Notes under the pieces: model-generated | Told to the model about the DNA's origin: nothing | The model's input: the letters and a program-made list of their open reading frames with translations, nothing else | The model's database searches: none | Made by a program: the position numbers and the translations under genes | Source of the DNA: Armatimonadota bacterium | Lineage (GTDB): Bacteria; Armatimonadota; UBA5829; DSUL01 | DNA length: 64,000 nucleotides | Assembly: GCA_040769165.1 (NCBI GenBank) | Contig: JAXGLP010000002.1 | Coordinates: 194,657-258,656 of the forward strand | Direction of reading: 5' to 3' | Part shown: one piece after another, positions 41,035 through 50,158 of the stretch | How positions within the stretch are numbered: the stretch's first letter is position 1 | Layout of the letters: every line of letters starts with the position of its first letter

Positions 41035-42339
41035 ATGAATCTCAGTGATAGAATCGCTGCTCGCGATGTGAGAATCACCGTCGTCGGCCTGGGGTATGTC
41101 GGGCTTCCGCTGGCGGTTGAGTTCGCGCAGGCAGGTGTCCGGGTCAGCGGCTACGAGATCGACCCGCTCAAACTGGAGATTCTGCGCCAGGGCGAGAGCT
41201 ACATCGGCGACGTCCCGTCCGATCGCATCCGGCCGCTGGTCGAGTCGGGCAGCTTCACTCCCACGCGCGACCCCGGATGCATCAGCCAGTCCGATGTCGT
41301 CATCATCTGCGTCCCCACGCCGTGCGTCAACGGGCACGAGCCGGACCTGTCTTTCGTGCAGTGCGCGGGGCGCACCGTGTCGGAGAATCTCAGGGCCGGG
41401 CAACTCGTCATCCTCGAGTCCACGTCGTTCCCCGGCACCACCGAAGAGATGCTCCAGCCGATTCTGGAGAAGTCCGGGCTCAAGGCCGGGCAGGATTTTC
41501 ACCTGGCATTCTCGCCGGAGCGCATTGACCCGGGCAACCCTACCTACGGGATCCGCAACACCCCGAAGGTCGTCGCCGGCACCCTGCCGGACGCCACCGC
41601 CCTCGCGGAGCAGGTTTACCGGATTGTCGCGGAAGAAGTGCGGTGCGTCAGCAGCCCCCGCGTCGCCGAGATGAGCAAGCTTTACGAGAACACCTTCCGG
41701 CATGTCAACATCGCCTTCGCCAACGAGATGGCCCTGCTGTGCGAGGAGATGGGAATACCGATCTGGGAGGTCGTCGAGGCCGCTGCGACCAAACCGTTCG
41801 GGTTCATGCCGTTTCATCCGGGCCCGGGCGTGGGCGGACACTGCATTCCCGTTGATCCGCAGTACCTGCTCTACAAGGCGCGCCAGTGCGGCTGCGACCT
41901 GAAGTTCGTCGAGCTTGCGAACGAGATCAACGAGAAGATGCCGGTCCGGGTCGTCGAGAAGGTCAAGGATGCGCTGCACGAACGCGGAAAGTCGCTCGAC
42001 GGGGCGAACGTGCTGGTGCTCGGCGTCGCCTACAAGAAGGACATTGACGATGTCCGCGAATCGCCCGCCATCAAGGTGATCGCGAGGCTGCTCAAGGCGG
42101 GGGCCAGGGTTCGATATCACGACCCGCTTGTCGGCAGCTTCGACAACGGCGTCGGCCGGTTCGAGTCGGTGGAGTTGACGCCGGCGGCTCTGCGCGAGTC
42201 CGACTGCGCCGTCATCTGCACGGACCATACGGACGTGAACTACGATCTGGTGGTTGCTCACGCCAGCCTGGTCATTGACACCCGGGACACTCTGCGCAGG
42301 CGAGCGAGCGACGGCAAGAGAACCTTTCTGGACGTCTGA
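41035..42339 (+). CDS. Nucleotide sugar dehydrogenase (UDP-N-acetyl-D-glucosamine/mannosamine dehydrogenase family, WbpA/WecC-like)
   Basis: N-terminal Rossmann VVGLGYVGLPLAVEFA. Catalytic Cys region GGHCIPVDP. UDP-binding C-terminal domain. 434 aa. Confidence 0.85.
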   Translation: MNLSDRIAARDVRITVVGLGYVGLPLAVEFAQAGVRVSGYEIDPLKLEILRQGESYIGDVPSDRIRPLVESGSFTPTRDPGCISQSDVVIICVPTPCVNGHEPDLSFVQCAGRTVSENLRAGQLVILESTSFPGTTEEMLQPILEKSGLKAGQDFHLAFSPERIDPGNPTYGIRNTPKVVAGTLPDATALAEQVYRIVAEEVRCVSSPRVAEMSKLYENTFRHVNIAFANEMALLCEEMGIPIWEVVEAAATKPFGFMPFHPGPGVGGHCIPVDPQYLLYKARQCGCDLKFVELANEINEKMPVRVVEKVKDALHERGKSLDGANVLVLGVAYKKDIDDVRESPAIKVIARLLKAGARVRYHDPLVGSFDNGVGRFESVELTPAALRESDCAVICTDHTDVNYDLVVAHASLVIDTRDTLRRRASDGKRTFLDV

Positions 42340-42352
42340 GGTCCGGCTCCGG

Positions 42353-43282
42353 TCAGTACTGCCCGGCGGCTATCAGCGCCCGCAGAATGAGGTTGTCGAG
42401 CGCCGTCTGCCGCCACACGTCCATCGCCGCCGCATACGCAAGCCGCGCCCGCAGGCTCCTGCCGCTGTCCACGAACCGCTCCAGAACGCGCCGCTTCTCG
42501 TCCGGGAGGCTCTCGCCATACGCCGCGCGGTATGCCACGGCCTGGTCGCGATAGCGCACGGGCTTTTCGCGGCGGCTCACAAACCGCACCGTGCGCCGCG
42601 CAAGCTGCCCCGCCATGCCCGGAGACCCGCCGATGGTGTTCGCCCCATGCTGCCTGTAGAGCACCGCCGGGCGCGGGTCGTAGACAGCCTCGCCCGCGCC
42701 CGTGACCACTAGATACGCCCAGCTATCGTGCATCATCGCGCCAGCCCACGAGTGCCGCAGCAGAAGCTCGCGTGCCGCCCGGTTCATCACGATGGTGCAC
42801 CCGGTGGCGACATTCTCCACGAGCGCGTTTCCGAACCCGAGCGCGCGGGGCAGCGGCGACAGCCCGATGCGTGAGAGATCGGCGGCCACGTAGTCCAGGC
42901 GCGCGCAGCAGAGCAGGGGCTGGTCCTGCCGTCGTCCGGCGAGCGTCTGCACGGCATTTGCCAGCTTGTCCGGAAGCCAGACATCATCCTGATCGCAGAA
43001 GGCGTAGAGATCGCACTCCGGAGCCTGCCGCAGGAGAGTCTCGAAGCTCGCAACCGGCCCAAGATTCGCGCCGCCCGAAACGGTGAACCTGCCATCGTCC
43101 GCGGCGTATCGTGCCAGAATGGCTTCCGTCTGGTCGCTGGACCCGTCGTCGCGGACGATGACGCGCGCCGGAGCGTGACTTTGCGCGAGCACGCTGTCGA
43201 GCTGTTCCGCCAGGAAGCGCTCGCCGTTGTATGTGGAGAGCAGGACGGCGATCTCAGGCGTCATCGGCGCCTCCGGAGGCAC
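42353..43282 (-). CDS. Glycosyltransferase family 2
   Basis: IAVLLSTYNGERFLAEQLDSVLAQ...VIVRDDGSSD...CDQDD GT-A signatures. Start likely the internal Met (MTPEIAVLL). Confidence 0.75.
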   Translation of the reverse strand: MPPEAPMTPEIAVLLSTYNGERFLAEQLDSVLAQSHAPARVIVRDDGSSDQTEAILARYAADDGRFTVSGGANLGPVASFETLLRQAPECDLYAFCDQDDVWLPDKLANAVQTLAGRRQDQPLLCCARLDYVAADLSRIGLSPLPRALGFGNALVENVATGCTIVMNRAARELLLRHSWAGAMMHDSWAYLVVTGAGEAVYDPRPAVLYRQHGANTIGGSPGMAGQLARRTVRFVSRREKPVRYRDQAVAYRAAYGESLPDEKRRVLERFVDSGRSLRARLAYAAAMDVWRQTALDNLILRALIAAGQY

Positions 43283-44459
43283 GCAGCGCGGCCACGATGA
43301 TCATCAGCGAGACGGGGCTGAGCAGCACGGGGTTCGTTCCCGCCGCCAGAAAGCTCGCCGCCACCGCCGCCGCCACGGCGCGTTTCTCCGCATCCCCGCT
43401 GCGGAACAGCCTCCACGCGGCCGTGAACACGAGCGCCGTGAACGCAAGCAGCCACGGCAGCCCGAACTTGCGCGCCGCGTTCAGGTGGTCCACCTCAATG
43501 TTGGCCACCCAGCCGCCCTCCCCCTCGGAGTAGAACTCCGTCCCCGCGCCCGCGCCCAGAATCAGATACTCGGGGTTGTCGGCGAACAGATCAACAACGC
43601 TCCCGAGATGCCGCACCCTCAGCGCAACCGTCTCGCTTTCGCCCGTCGCGGACGAGAAGATCAGGTTCAGATAAGTCGGAGACACCTGCGCGAGCGCCAC
43701 CGCGCCCGCGGCGACGGCGGCCAGCACCACCGCCTTCTGCACGATGCCTGCCCTGCGCTGCACCAGCAGATACACGGCGAAGAATGCAAGCGTGATGAGG
43801 AGCCCCGCCTTCGAAAGGCAGACGAGCAGAGCAAAGGCAAGCGCCAGCGCTCTCCATGCGCGCCCGGTGATCAGGTAATAGACCGCCGCGGGAACGTAGA
43901 ACAGCGTCGCCCTGAAGTACACGTTCGGGATCAGCACCGGGCCCATCATCCTCATTCCGAAGTAGCCGTGACCGGGATCCGACGAGAGATAACCCATGAT
44001 CGCGTTGAAGATGCCGTTTCCGGGAAGCGTCAGGCCGGCCAGCACGAACGCGATGGAGAAGACAGCCAGCGCAAGCAGCGTCGCGAAAAGCACTCTCAGC
44101 GCCCACATGCTCCTGTTTGGGCTCAGCAGAAAGTAGAACAGGAGCGCGGCCGCAAACGCCGTGGACTGGCTGACAGCCAGCCCGATGTCCGCGCCAGCGT
44201 ATATCCCGCGCGCAAGCGCAAACGCCGGCCACACGGCAAACAGAAGCCACACCGCAAGCAGCTCGCCCCTCGGCGCCCGCACGTGAAACAGCTCGGGAAG
44301 GGCAAACAGCAGCGCGCACGCGTACGACACGTACTTGACCCCGACCGCGCCGCCCATGTCGAACACGTTAGCGGCGATGAGGAAGAACAGAACAGCCCTG
44401 ATGCGCAGGGTCCTGTCGAAGGTTATGGCGCGCGGGCGCGGCCCGGTCTGCGGGATCAT
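43254..44459 (-). CDS. O-antigen ligase / Wzy-like polysaccharide polymerase family membrane protein
   Basis: About 10-12 TM segments with a large periplasmic loop, the pattern of the O-antigen ligase (Wzy_C) family. Start placed at the internal Met (MIPQTGP) to avoid a 185-nt overlap with the upstream gene. Confidence 0.55.
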   Translation of the reverse strand: MIPQTGPRPRAITFDRTLRIRAVLFFLIAANVFDMGGAVGVKYVSYACALLFALPELFHVRAPRGELLAVWLLFAVWPAFALARGIYAGADIGLAVSQSTAFAAALLFYFLLSPNRSMWALRVLFATLLALAVFSIAFVLAGLTLPGNGIFNAIMGYLSSDPGHGYFGMRMMGPVLIPNVYFRATLFYVPAAVYYLITGRAWRALALAFALLVCLSKAGLLITLAFFAVYLLVQRRAGIVQKAVVLAAVAAGAVALAQVSPTYLNLIFSSATGESETVALRVRHLGSVVDLFADNPEYLILGAGAGTEFYSEGEGGWVANIEVDHLNAARKFGLPWLLAFTALVFTAAWRLFRSGDAEKRAVAAAVAASFLAAGTNPVLLSPVSLMIIVAALRASGGADDA

Positions 44460-44493
44460 TACACAGGGAGTGTTCGCGCCATGCGTCCGGTTT

Positions 44494-45801
44494 TCATTCC
44501 GGCCGCGCTGCATCCAGCGCCGCCGTGAATACGCGCGACAGCGCCTCGTCCGAGAAGCGTTCCGGAACGGCTGTCCGGGCGGGAGCCTCATGGCACATCG
44601 CAAGGAACCGGGACGCAAGCGGGGCATGGCTGTCCCGGCCGGACGGATCAACGCAGACGGCCTGCGGGATGTCCGCAACAGCCCGCGCGAGGGCGCTCGT
44701 TGCGGGGGTTACGCAGAAAATCGGCCGCCGGGTGGGTATGTAGTCGAAGAGCTTGCTCGGGATGGGCGCTCGCGACGCGCAGAGCAGCAGCAGCCCGTCC
44801 GCCATCCGCAGCCGCTCCTGCATCTCGGCATAAGGGACCGCCGCGTGGTGCGACAGCGTCCAGCCGGCCGCCTCGAATACCGGGCGCATTCTCTCCATCT
44901 CCGCAAGATCGTCCGTGTTCAGCGACCCCACCATCTGCACGTCGGCTTTCCAGGGGTCGCCGAGCGACGCCATGAGCGGCGAGACGAGCGCTCCCATAGT
45001 CTGCGTGTTGCGCGAGCCCGCCAGCCTTCCCGCGTGAATCAGTTTCAGGCGCTCCCGCTTCGGAAGGGGCGGCGGTTCGGGGTGCGGCCCGGGCGGGTAG
45101 GCGTTCGTCAGCACCGCTGTCTTGCCGCGGGTGAACGGTAGCCTGTTGTTGAGGAGTTCCATCCAGACATCCGAAGTCACGAACACCTGCTCCGCCCGCC
45201 GCAGAACGCGCGACTCCCAGCGCCCCTCCAGCCAGCGCCGCCACGCCCACCGCTGCAGCAGCGGCTTCAGAGGCTCGTCCAGCCAGCCGTCCCGCATGTC
45301 CACGCAGAGCCGCGCCCCTGTCTGCCGGGAAATCCAGTACGACGCGAGATGGCAGGCCTCCGGCGGACTCGAAGCGACCACCCACTCCGCGCCCCGGCAG
45401 TGCTCCGCCACCGATGCGTCGCCTGCCGCCTTGCGCGCCCACGCGGCGGTGGCGTCGGGGTTGAACGCGAGGGTCACCAGCGAACTCTTCCATCCCGTTG
45501 TCGTGCGCGACGCTCCTTCCGGCCCCGGCGACCCCGCGCTGCCCATATACACCTTCAGGCCCAGCGGGTCGCGCACGGTTACCACGCGGCCGCACGTGTC
45601 CGCGGGCGCCTCGGCGCACGGAGTAGAAGAGAGGTCAGGCCGCAGCAAACGAACGCTGCTTTCCGGCCCGGCGCGAACGATGACCAGCTCGCGCCCCGAA
45701 GCGACGATCCACCGCGCGAACCGCGCGGCCCTCTTGAACCCGACATGCCCCGGCGATTCCCAGTACGGCGCCACGAGCACGGCTTTCCCCTGAGCTCTCA
45801 A
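44494..45801 (-). CDS. Putative glycosyltransferase (GT-B fold, GT4-like)
   Basis: Long ORF in a same-strand operon between Wzy and GT4 genes. C-terminal P.K..DYI...RPIF resembles GT-B donor-binding motifs. Assignment tentative. Confidence 0.5.
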   Translation of the reverse strand: MRAQGKAVLVAPYWESPGHVGFKRAARFARWIVASGRELVIVRAGPESSVRLLRPDLSSTPCAEAPADTCGRVVTVRDPLGLKVYMGSAGSPGPEGASRTTTGWKSSLVTLAFNPDATAAWARKAAGDASVAEHCRGAEWVVASSPPEACHLASYWISRQTGARLCVDMRDGWLDEPLKPLLQRWAWRRWLEGRWESRVLRRAEQVFVTSDVWMELLNNRLPFTRGKTAVLTNAYPPGPHPEPPPLPKRERLKLIHAGRLAGSRNTQTMGALVSPLMASLGDPWKADVQMVGSLNTDDLAEMERMRPVFEAAGWTLSHHAAVPYAEMQERLRMADGLLLLCASRAPIPSKLFDYIPTRRPIFCVTPATSALARAVADIPQAVCVDPSGRDSHAPLASRFLAMCHEAPARTAVPERFSDEALSRVFTAALDAARPE

Positions 45802-46955
45802 CTCCGCGTCAACTCCCTGTAAAACTCCGCCAGCTTCCGCCCCTGAGTCCGGGCGTCAAAGTTCTCCTCGATATGCCTCCGCCCGGCGTCCTGCATGGCG
45901 CGCCAGCCGCCGGGGTCTTCAATGAGCCTGAGCAGGCAGCCAGCGAGAGCATCCACATCGCCCTCGGGCGCAAGATAGCCCGTCACGCCGTCCAGAATTA
46001 CCCCGGGAATGTCGCAGTGCCGCGTGCTGACGATCGCCATTCCGCTCGCCGCCATCTCGATGATGCTGACGGGCGCGCCGCCTTCCGTGTCGCCGTCCGA
46101 AGCGGTGATGCTCGGGGAGAGAAACACATGCGCGCGCGACGCCTCCTGACGCAGTTCCTCCCGTGTCAGAAAGCCCGCAAGCCGCACCCGCGCGCCGAGG
46201 CCGGTCTCCTCGATGGCGGCCAGTATTCTGCGCTCCTCCGCGCGGCTGCGCTCCTCGCCCGTCGCCCCGCCCACGATTGTGACTTCCAGTTCCGCCTCGT
46301 TCTGAACGCGCCCGAGCGCCCGGACCGCATCCGGGATCCCCTTCTTCTCCCGGAAGGACGCCGCAATGAGCACACGCAAGGGCTCGTCCGGCCGCCATGA
46401 TCGCGGCTCGCAGGGGATCTCGTCCAGCGTCACCCCCAGGTGGTGCACGGCGGCCTTCTCCGGCGGGCATCCGAGCGCGACGACCTCCTCGCGCATGTGC
46501 GGCCCCTCGCAGAGGACCCTGTCAACGATCTGAAACATCTCGATATACCGGCCACGCCAGCGGGGGTCCTTGCGCGGGTTCAGCGTCACATCCGCGCCGT
46601 AGAAGGTCACGACGTGCGCCATTTTGCAGGCCCGGGCCGCGCGGCGGTTCGCCCAGCCGATGTTGCCGAAGTGCGAATGGAGCAGACGAGCGCCCGTGCG
46701 CTTGGCCACGCTCGTGAGAAACGAAAGGTGGTCTCTGAGGCCGAGCTTCCTGATGCCCCTGTCGCACACGGATACCGGCAGCGGGCGGCGGGAGCTGACA
46801 TGCATGTTCGGCAATCCGAACTCGTCCGCGTTCTCCACGGTCTCGCAGACGATGTGGCTCTCGATGTCCTCCGGAAGGCAGCGCACCTGCGTGTGCATCC
46901 ACCCCTGAGTGCAGGGAAGCCAGATCGGATAGCTGTGAATGACCCGCAGGCTCAA
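45798..46955 (-). CDS. Glycosyltransferase family 4
   Basis: C-terminal GT1/GT4 domain (FLGF-like ...VFLSPS...EGGAPVSIIEMAASGMAIVSTRHCDIPGVILDGVTGYL). Start assigned to the TTG that overlaps the TGA stop of the upstream flippase gene (TTGA); the listed ORF runs on into the flippase gene. Confidence 0.7.
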   Translation of the reverse strand: MSLRVIHSYPIWLPCTQGWMHTQVRCLPEDIESHIVCETVENADEFGLPNMHVSSRRPLPVSVCDRGIRKLGLRDHLSFLTSVAKRTGARLLHSHFGNIGWANRRAARACKMAHVVTFYGADVTLNPRKDPRWRGRYIEMFQIVDRVLCEGPHMREEVVALGCPPEKAAVHHLGVTLDEIPCEPRSWRPDEPLRVLIAASFREKKGIPDAVRALGRVQNEAELEVTIVGGATGEERSRAEERRILAAIEETGLGARVRLAGFLTREELRQEASRAHVFLSPSITASDGDTEGGAPVSIIEMAASGMAIVSTRHCDIPGVILDGVTGYLAPEGDVDALAGCLLRLIEDPGGWRAMQDAGRRHIEENFDARTQGRKLAEFYRELTRS

Positions 46956-48409
46956 CGCTGTTTCCCCATCGCCGCCAGAAGCTCGCGCATCTGATGGCGG
47001 TTGATCAGCAGGCTGAAGCCTGTGTAAATAAGCGCGCCCGCCGGAACGAGCAGCAGAAGCTCCTGCCAGTCCATCATCCTGCCGCCAAGAAGGCGGGACG
47101 CGCCAACCAGCAGGGCGCACATAGCCAGCGCCGACGCCATCGGACGCCAGAGCGATTCGAAGAACGCCGCAAGCCGAAGCTGCACCAGCGAGAACGGGAT
47201 GGCGAGTCCGGGAATCGTCAGCAGAGTGGTCACGGCGGCGTACGCCGCCGCCACTCCGATGACGCCCCAGCGCAGGCCCACCGCAAACGCAATGAGCACC
47301 GCAACGCCCGCGCCGGCGCCCCACCGGAACAGCCAGTCGGCGCGTCCTTTTGCCTGATAGATCGGCCCCACCGTCGCCGTGACGGACTGCAGCATTCCCG
47401 CGGGCGCAAGGATCATCAGAGGGATCACCGACGGCCCCCACTGCGCCCCGAAAACCGTCGTGATGAGCGGCCGCGCAAGCGCCGCCATACCCAGCATCAG
47501 CGGGAAGCTCAGCGTCGCGATGCCGCTTACAGCCTTCAGGTAGGCGCGGCGGAAGCGTTCGTGGTCGTCCTGAAGCTCGCTGCACACGGGGAAGAGCACC
47601 CGGCTGGTGACGTCCGTGATGATCTGCAGCGGGAACAGCAGAAGCCTGTACGCCAGCGAATAGTATCCCAGCGGCCCCGCCCCGAGGAACTTGCCGATGA
47701 GCAGGTTGTCCGCGTTGCGGATGAAGTAGTTGAAGACGTTGAAGCTGGTGAGATTGAGGCTGTAGCTGCTGACCTGCTTCACCTCGCCCCAGTGAAACTC
47801 GAACGCGGGGCGCACCGGGCTCACCACCCACAACAGCACGGTCGAAACCAGCGCCAGCACCAGCGCCTGATAAACGAGGCTCCACACACCCGCGCCCGCC
47901 ATTGCGAAGCCGATGCCCGCCACCGCCGATACGAACGCCGAGACCAGATCCACCACCGCCAGCCCGCGGAACTGCAGCGACCGCTGCAGCATCGCCTGAT
48001 GCACCACCCCCAGGCCCGCCATCACGAAGCTGGCCGATAGCGCCCGGAGGATGCCCGTGAGAGGCGGCTGCTTGAAGAAGGCCGCCACCAGCGGGCTTGC
48101 GGCGAACACCATCACGGCGGCCGTGAGACCGAGCCCGGCGTTGATCCAGAACACGCTGGAGACCAGCCCGCGCGAGAGATCCCTGCGCTGTATTATCGCC
48201 GCCGACGTCCCGAGATCTCTCAGCAGGCTCGCGAACCCGGTCACAATCAGCGCCATCCCGAGAAGCCCGAAGTCCTTTGGCGAAAGCAGGCGCGCGAGGA
48301 TGGCGTTCGAGACGAACTGGATGCCGCTGCGGCCGGCCTGCGACGTGGACGCCCAGCGGAACCCGCTCGAGGCTCTCTGGGCCAGGCTCAGTTCCCCCGG
48401 GTCACCCAT
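46952..48409 (-). CDS. Polysaccharide/O-antigen flippase Wzx (MOP superfamily, PST family)
   Basis: About 12-14 TM segments. N-terminal GFASLLRDLGTSAAIIQR... pattern of polysaccharide biosynthesis (Wzx) proteins. Start at the internal Met (MGDPGELSL) is approximate. Confidence 0.7.
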   Translation of the reverse strand: MGDPGELSLAQRASSGFRWASTSQAGRSGIQFVSNAILARLLSPKDFGLLGMALIVTGFASLLRDLGTSAAIIQRRDLSRGLVSSVFWINAGLGLTAAVMVFAASPLVAAFFKQPPLTGILRALSASFVMAGLGVVHQAMLQRSLQFRGLAVVDLVSAFVSAVAGIGFAMAGAGVWSLVYQALVLALVSTVLLWVVSPVRPAFEFHWGEVKQVSSYSLNLTSFNVFNYFIRNADNLLIGKFLGAGPLGYYSLAYRLLLFPLQIITDVTSRVLFPVCSELQDDHERFRRAYLKAVSGIATLSFPLMLGMAALARPLITTVFGAQWGPSVIPLMILAPAGMLQSVTATVGPIYQAKGRADWLFRWGAGAGVAVLIAFAVGLRWGVIGVAAAYAAVTTLLTIPGLAIPFSLVQLRLAAFFESLWRPMASALAMCALLVGASRLLGGRMMDWQELLLLVPAGALIYTGFSLLINRHQMRELLAAMGKQR

Positions 48410-49254
48410 AGGTCCATAGTCTTCTCTTCCCGGCCTGTCTTCGCAAGCCCGATAAGGCCGTTTCTGACCCCGCACAGCGCATCCGCCATCGCGACAGCCG
48501 CCCCGGAGCGCAGAGGCGCGGGGAGCTTCCGCCGGATCCGGTCTACCCGGTCCCGCGCGTACCAGCGCCGGTTGTCTTCAATGAGCGCGCGCGGGTCGAG
48601 TTCGCGGATGTCGCGCCTCACCCCCCGCCCGGTGACCCAGTTGAGCGTGTTCAGTCCCTCCACTGGCCGCCCGAGAGCCTTCAGATAGGCCGCAGCAACG
48701 CGCCTGTTCATGCGCGGCAGAAAAGGCAGGCGGTAGTGCGGCTCGAAGAAACTGTTGTAGTCGGGCGCGCGCGCGTAGAGAACTCCCCCCGGCTTCAGCA
48801 CTCGAAGCATCTCGGAGAGGCACTGCCTCACATCCCGCACGTGCTCCAGAGTCTGGTACGTCGTCACCAGATCGAAGCTCGCATCCGGGAAGGGAAGCTC
48901 CTCCCCGACTCCCTCAACAAGGCGCTCGCGCCAGGCGTCCGGGTATCCGGCGGCGGCACTCTTGCGGTGGAAGTATTCGCGCTTCCACCCCTCCGGCTCG
49001 ATCCCCACCACGTCGCGCCCCGCGTGCAGCCCGTACAGAACGAACGTGCCGCAGCCCGCCGCCATATCCAGAATCCGCCCGCCGGCCGCGCCGCGCTGTT
49101 CGATCAGCGCCCAGCGCCCATCATAGTTCGCCGCGTCATTGAACCAGTTGTCCGTCACCCGCTCCAGCCACGCGCCCGGCGTCAGGCCGAACATACTCGC
49201 GGCCTCCTGGCGGATGTGCGCTTCCAGAAACTCCCGGACCTCTTGCAGAGTCAA
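48388..49254 (-). CDS. Class I SAM-dependent methyltransferase (MT1)
   Basis: Motif I ILDMAAGCGTF. Methyltransf_11-like region (DASFDLVTTYQTLEHVRDVRQCLSEMLRVLKPGGVLY). Start assigned to the TTG overlapping the TGA stop of the upstream methyltransferase (TTGA). Confidence 0.65.
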   Translation of the reverse strand: MTLQEVREFLEAHIRQEAASMFGLTPGAWLERVTDNWFNDAANYDGRWALIEQRGAAGGRILDMAAGCGTFVLYGLHAGRDVVGIEPEGWKREYFHRKSAAAGYPDAWRERLVEGVGEELPFPDASFDLVTTYQTLEHVRDVRQCLSEMLRVLKPGGVLYARAPDYNSFFEPHYRLPFLPRMNRRVAAAYLKALGRPVEGLNTLNWVTGRGVRRDIRELDPRALIEDNRRWYARDRVDRIRRKLPAPLRSGAAVAMADALCGVRNGLIGLAKTGREEKTMDLWVTRGN

Positions 49255-49937
49255 GGCTTCCTCGCGACAACCAGGTACATCCAGGTCCACTGCTCGGCGC
49301 GGTCGAGCCGGTCCATCAGCCCCGCCACAGACTGCGTCACGGCGCCCAGCGCGTCCACGAACCGCAGCCAGCGAAGGGGGCCCCGGTTCATCGACTGCAT
49401 TTTGTAGACAAGAAGCACGCCGAACGTCGTCCAGAAGCCCGACAGCGCTTTCAGTTCGACGATCTCGAACCCCGCCTTCTTGAAGAGATACTCCAGCCCG
49501 TATCTGCTGTAGCGATAGAAGTCCCGCGGCTCCTCGTGCACGTGCCAGATGAACGGCGCGGTATAGACGGCATGACCGCCCGGCTTCAGGATGCGCCAGC
49601 ACTCGCGAATCGCCTGTTCGGGCTCCTCGAGATGCTCCAGCACCGCCGTGCAGATAGCGCTGTCGAACGATGCGTCCGCCGCCGGGATGTCGTAGGCCGT
49701 TCCTGTCAGATCAACCCGGGACCGGTCGTGCTGGGTCCCTTCGTGGTCAATCCCGACATGCTCCTCGACGAACGGGGCGAGAAGATCGCTGTAGGGCTTA
49801 TCGCCGCAGCCGATGTCCGCCAGCCTGCCTTTCAGATACTGCCCGGCGCACCGCTTCAGCTCACGGTCGTGTATGCGCGCGGTGAGCAGGTTCGACCGCT
49901 TCCGGGCCCCCTGTGTTCCCCCGCGCATGGCGCTCAC
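49251..49937 (-). CDS. Class I SAM-dependent methyltransferase (MT2)
   Basis: Motif I LADIGCGDKPYS and region ADASFDSAICTAVLEHLEEPEQAIRECWRILKPGGHAVY. 4-nt overlap with the upstream ACP gene. Confidence 0.7.
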   Translation of the reverse strand: MSAMRGGTQGARKRSNLLTARIHDRELKRCAGQYLKGRLADIGCGDKPYSDLLAPFVEEHVGIDHEGTQHDRSRVDLTGTAYDIPAADASFDSAICTAVLEHLEEPEQAIRECWRILKPGGHAVYTAPFIWHVHEEPRDFYRYSRYGLEYLFKKAGFEIVELKALSGFWTTFGVLLVYKMQSMNRGPLRWLRFVDALGAVTQSVAGLMDRLDRAEQWTWMYLVVARKP

Positions 49938-50158
49938 ACCAGCTCCGCCAGCGTCTCGCGAATCTCCCGGTAGCTCGTCAGCTCGACCACCTGGTCATCG
50001 CTGAACTCGACGTCGAACTCCTCCTCCAGCGCAAGGATGAGATTCATATGCTTGAGCGAGTCCCACGACTCGACGGTGTTCGGCGAGGTATCGTCCTCGA
50101 TCTCGTCTTCTTCCAGGCCCAGAATGGCCGCCATCACTTCCCTGACTCGTTCTTCCAA
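49934..50158 (-). CDS. Acyl carrier protein (discrete, 74 aa)
   Basis: Phosphopantetheine-attachment site ESWDSLKHMNLILALEEEF (DSL). Acidic 4-helix ACP length. Confidence 0.8.
   Translation of the reverse strand: MEERVREVMAAILGLEEDEIEDDTSPNTVESWDSLKHMNLILALEEEFDVEFSDDQVVELTSYREIRETLAELV

Noticed and set aside
41002-42261. 419-aa minus-strand ORF
   Set aside because: Antisense to the nucleotide-sugar dehydrogenase, which has GxGxxG and GGHCIPVDP motifs on the plus strand.
43227-44528. 433-aa plus-strand ORF
   Set aside because: Antisense to the multi-TM Wzy-like gene. Arg/His/Glu-rich, non-globular.
45798-47885. 695-aa listed ORF taken as a single gene
   Set aside because: Its N-terminal 310 aa are an out-of-frame read-through of the Wzx flippase gene. 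The real GT4 gene starts at the TTG overlapping the flippase stop (46955).
46994-48040. 348-aa plus-strand ORF
   Set aside because: Antisense to the Wzx flippase gene.
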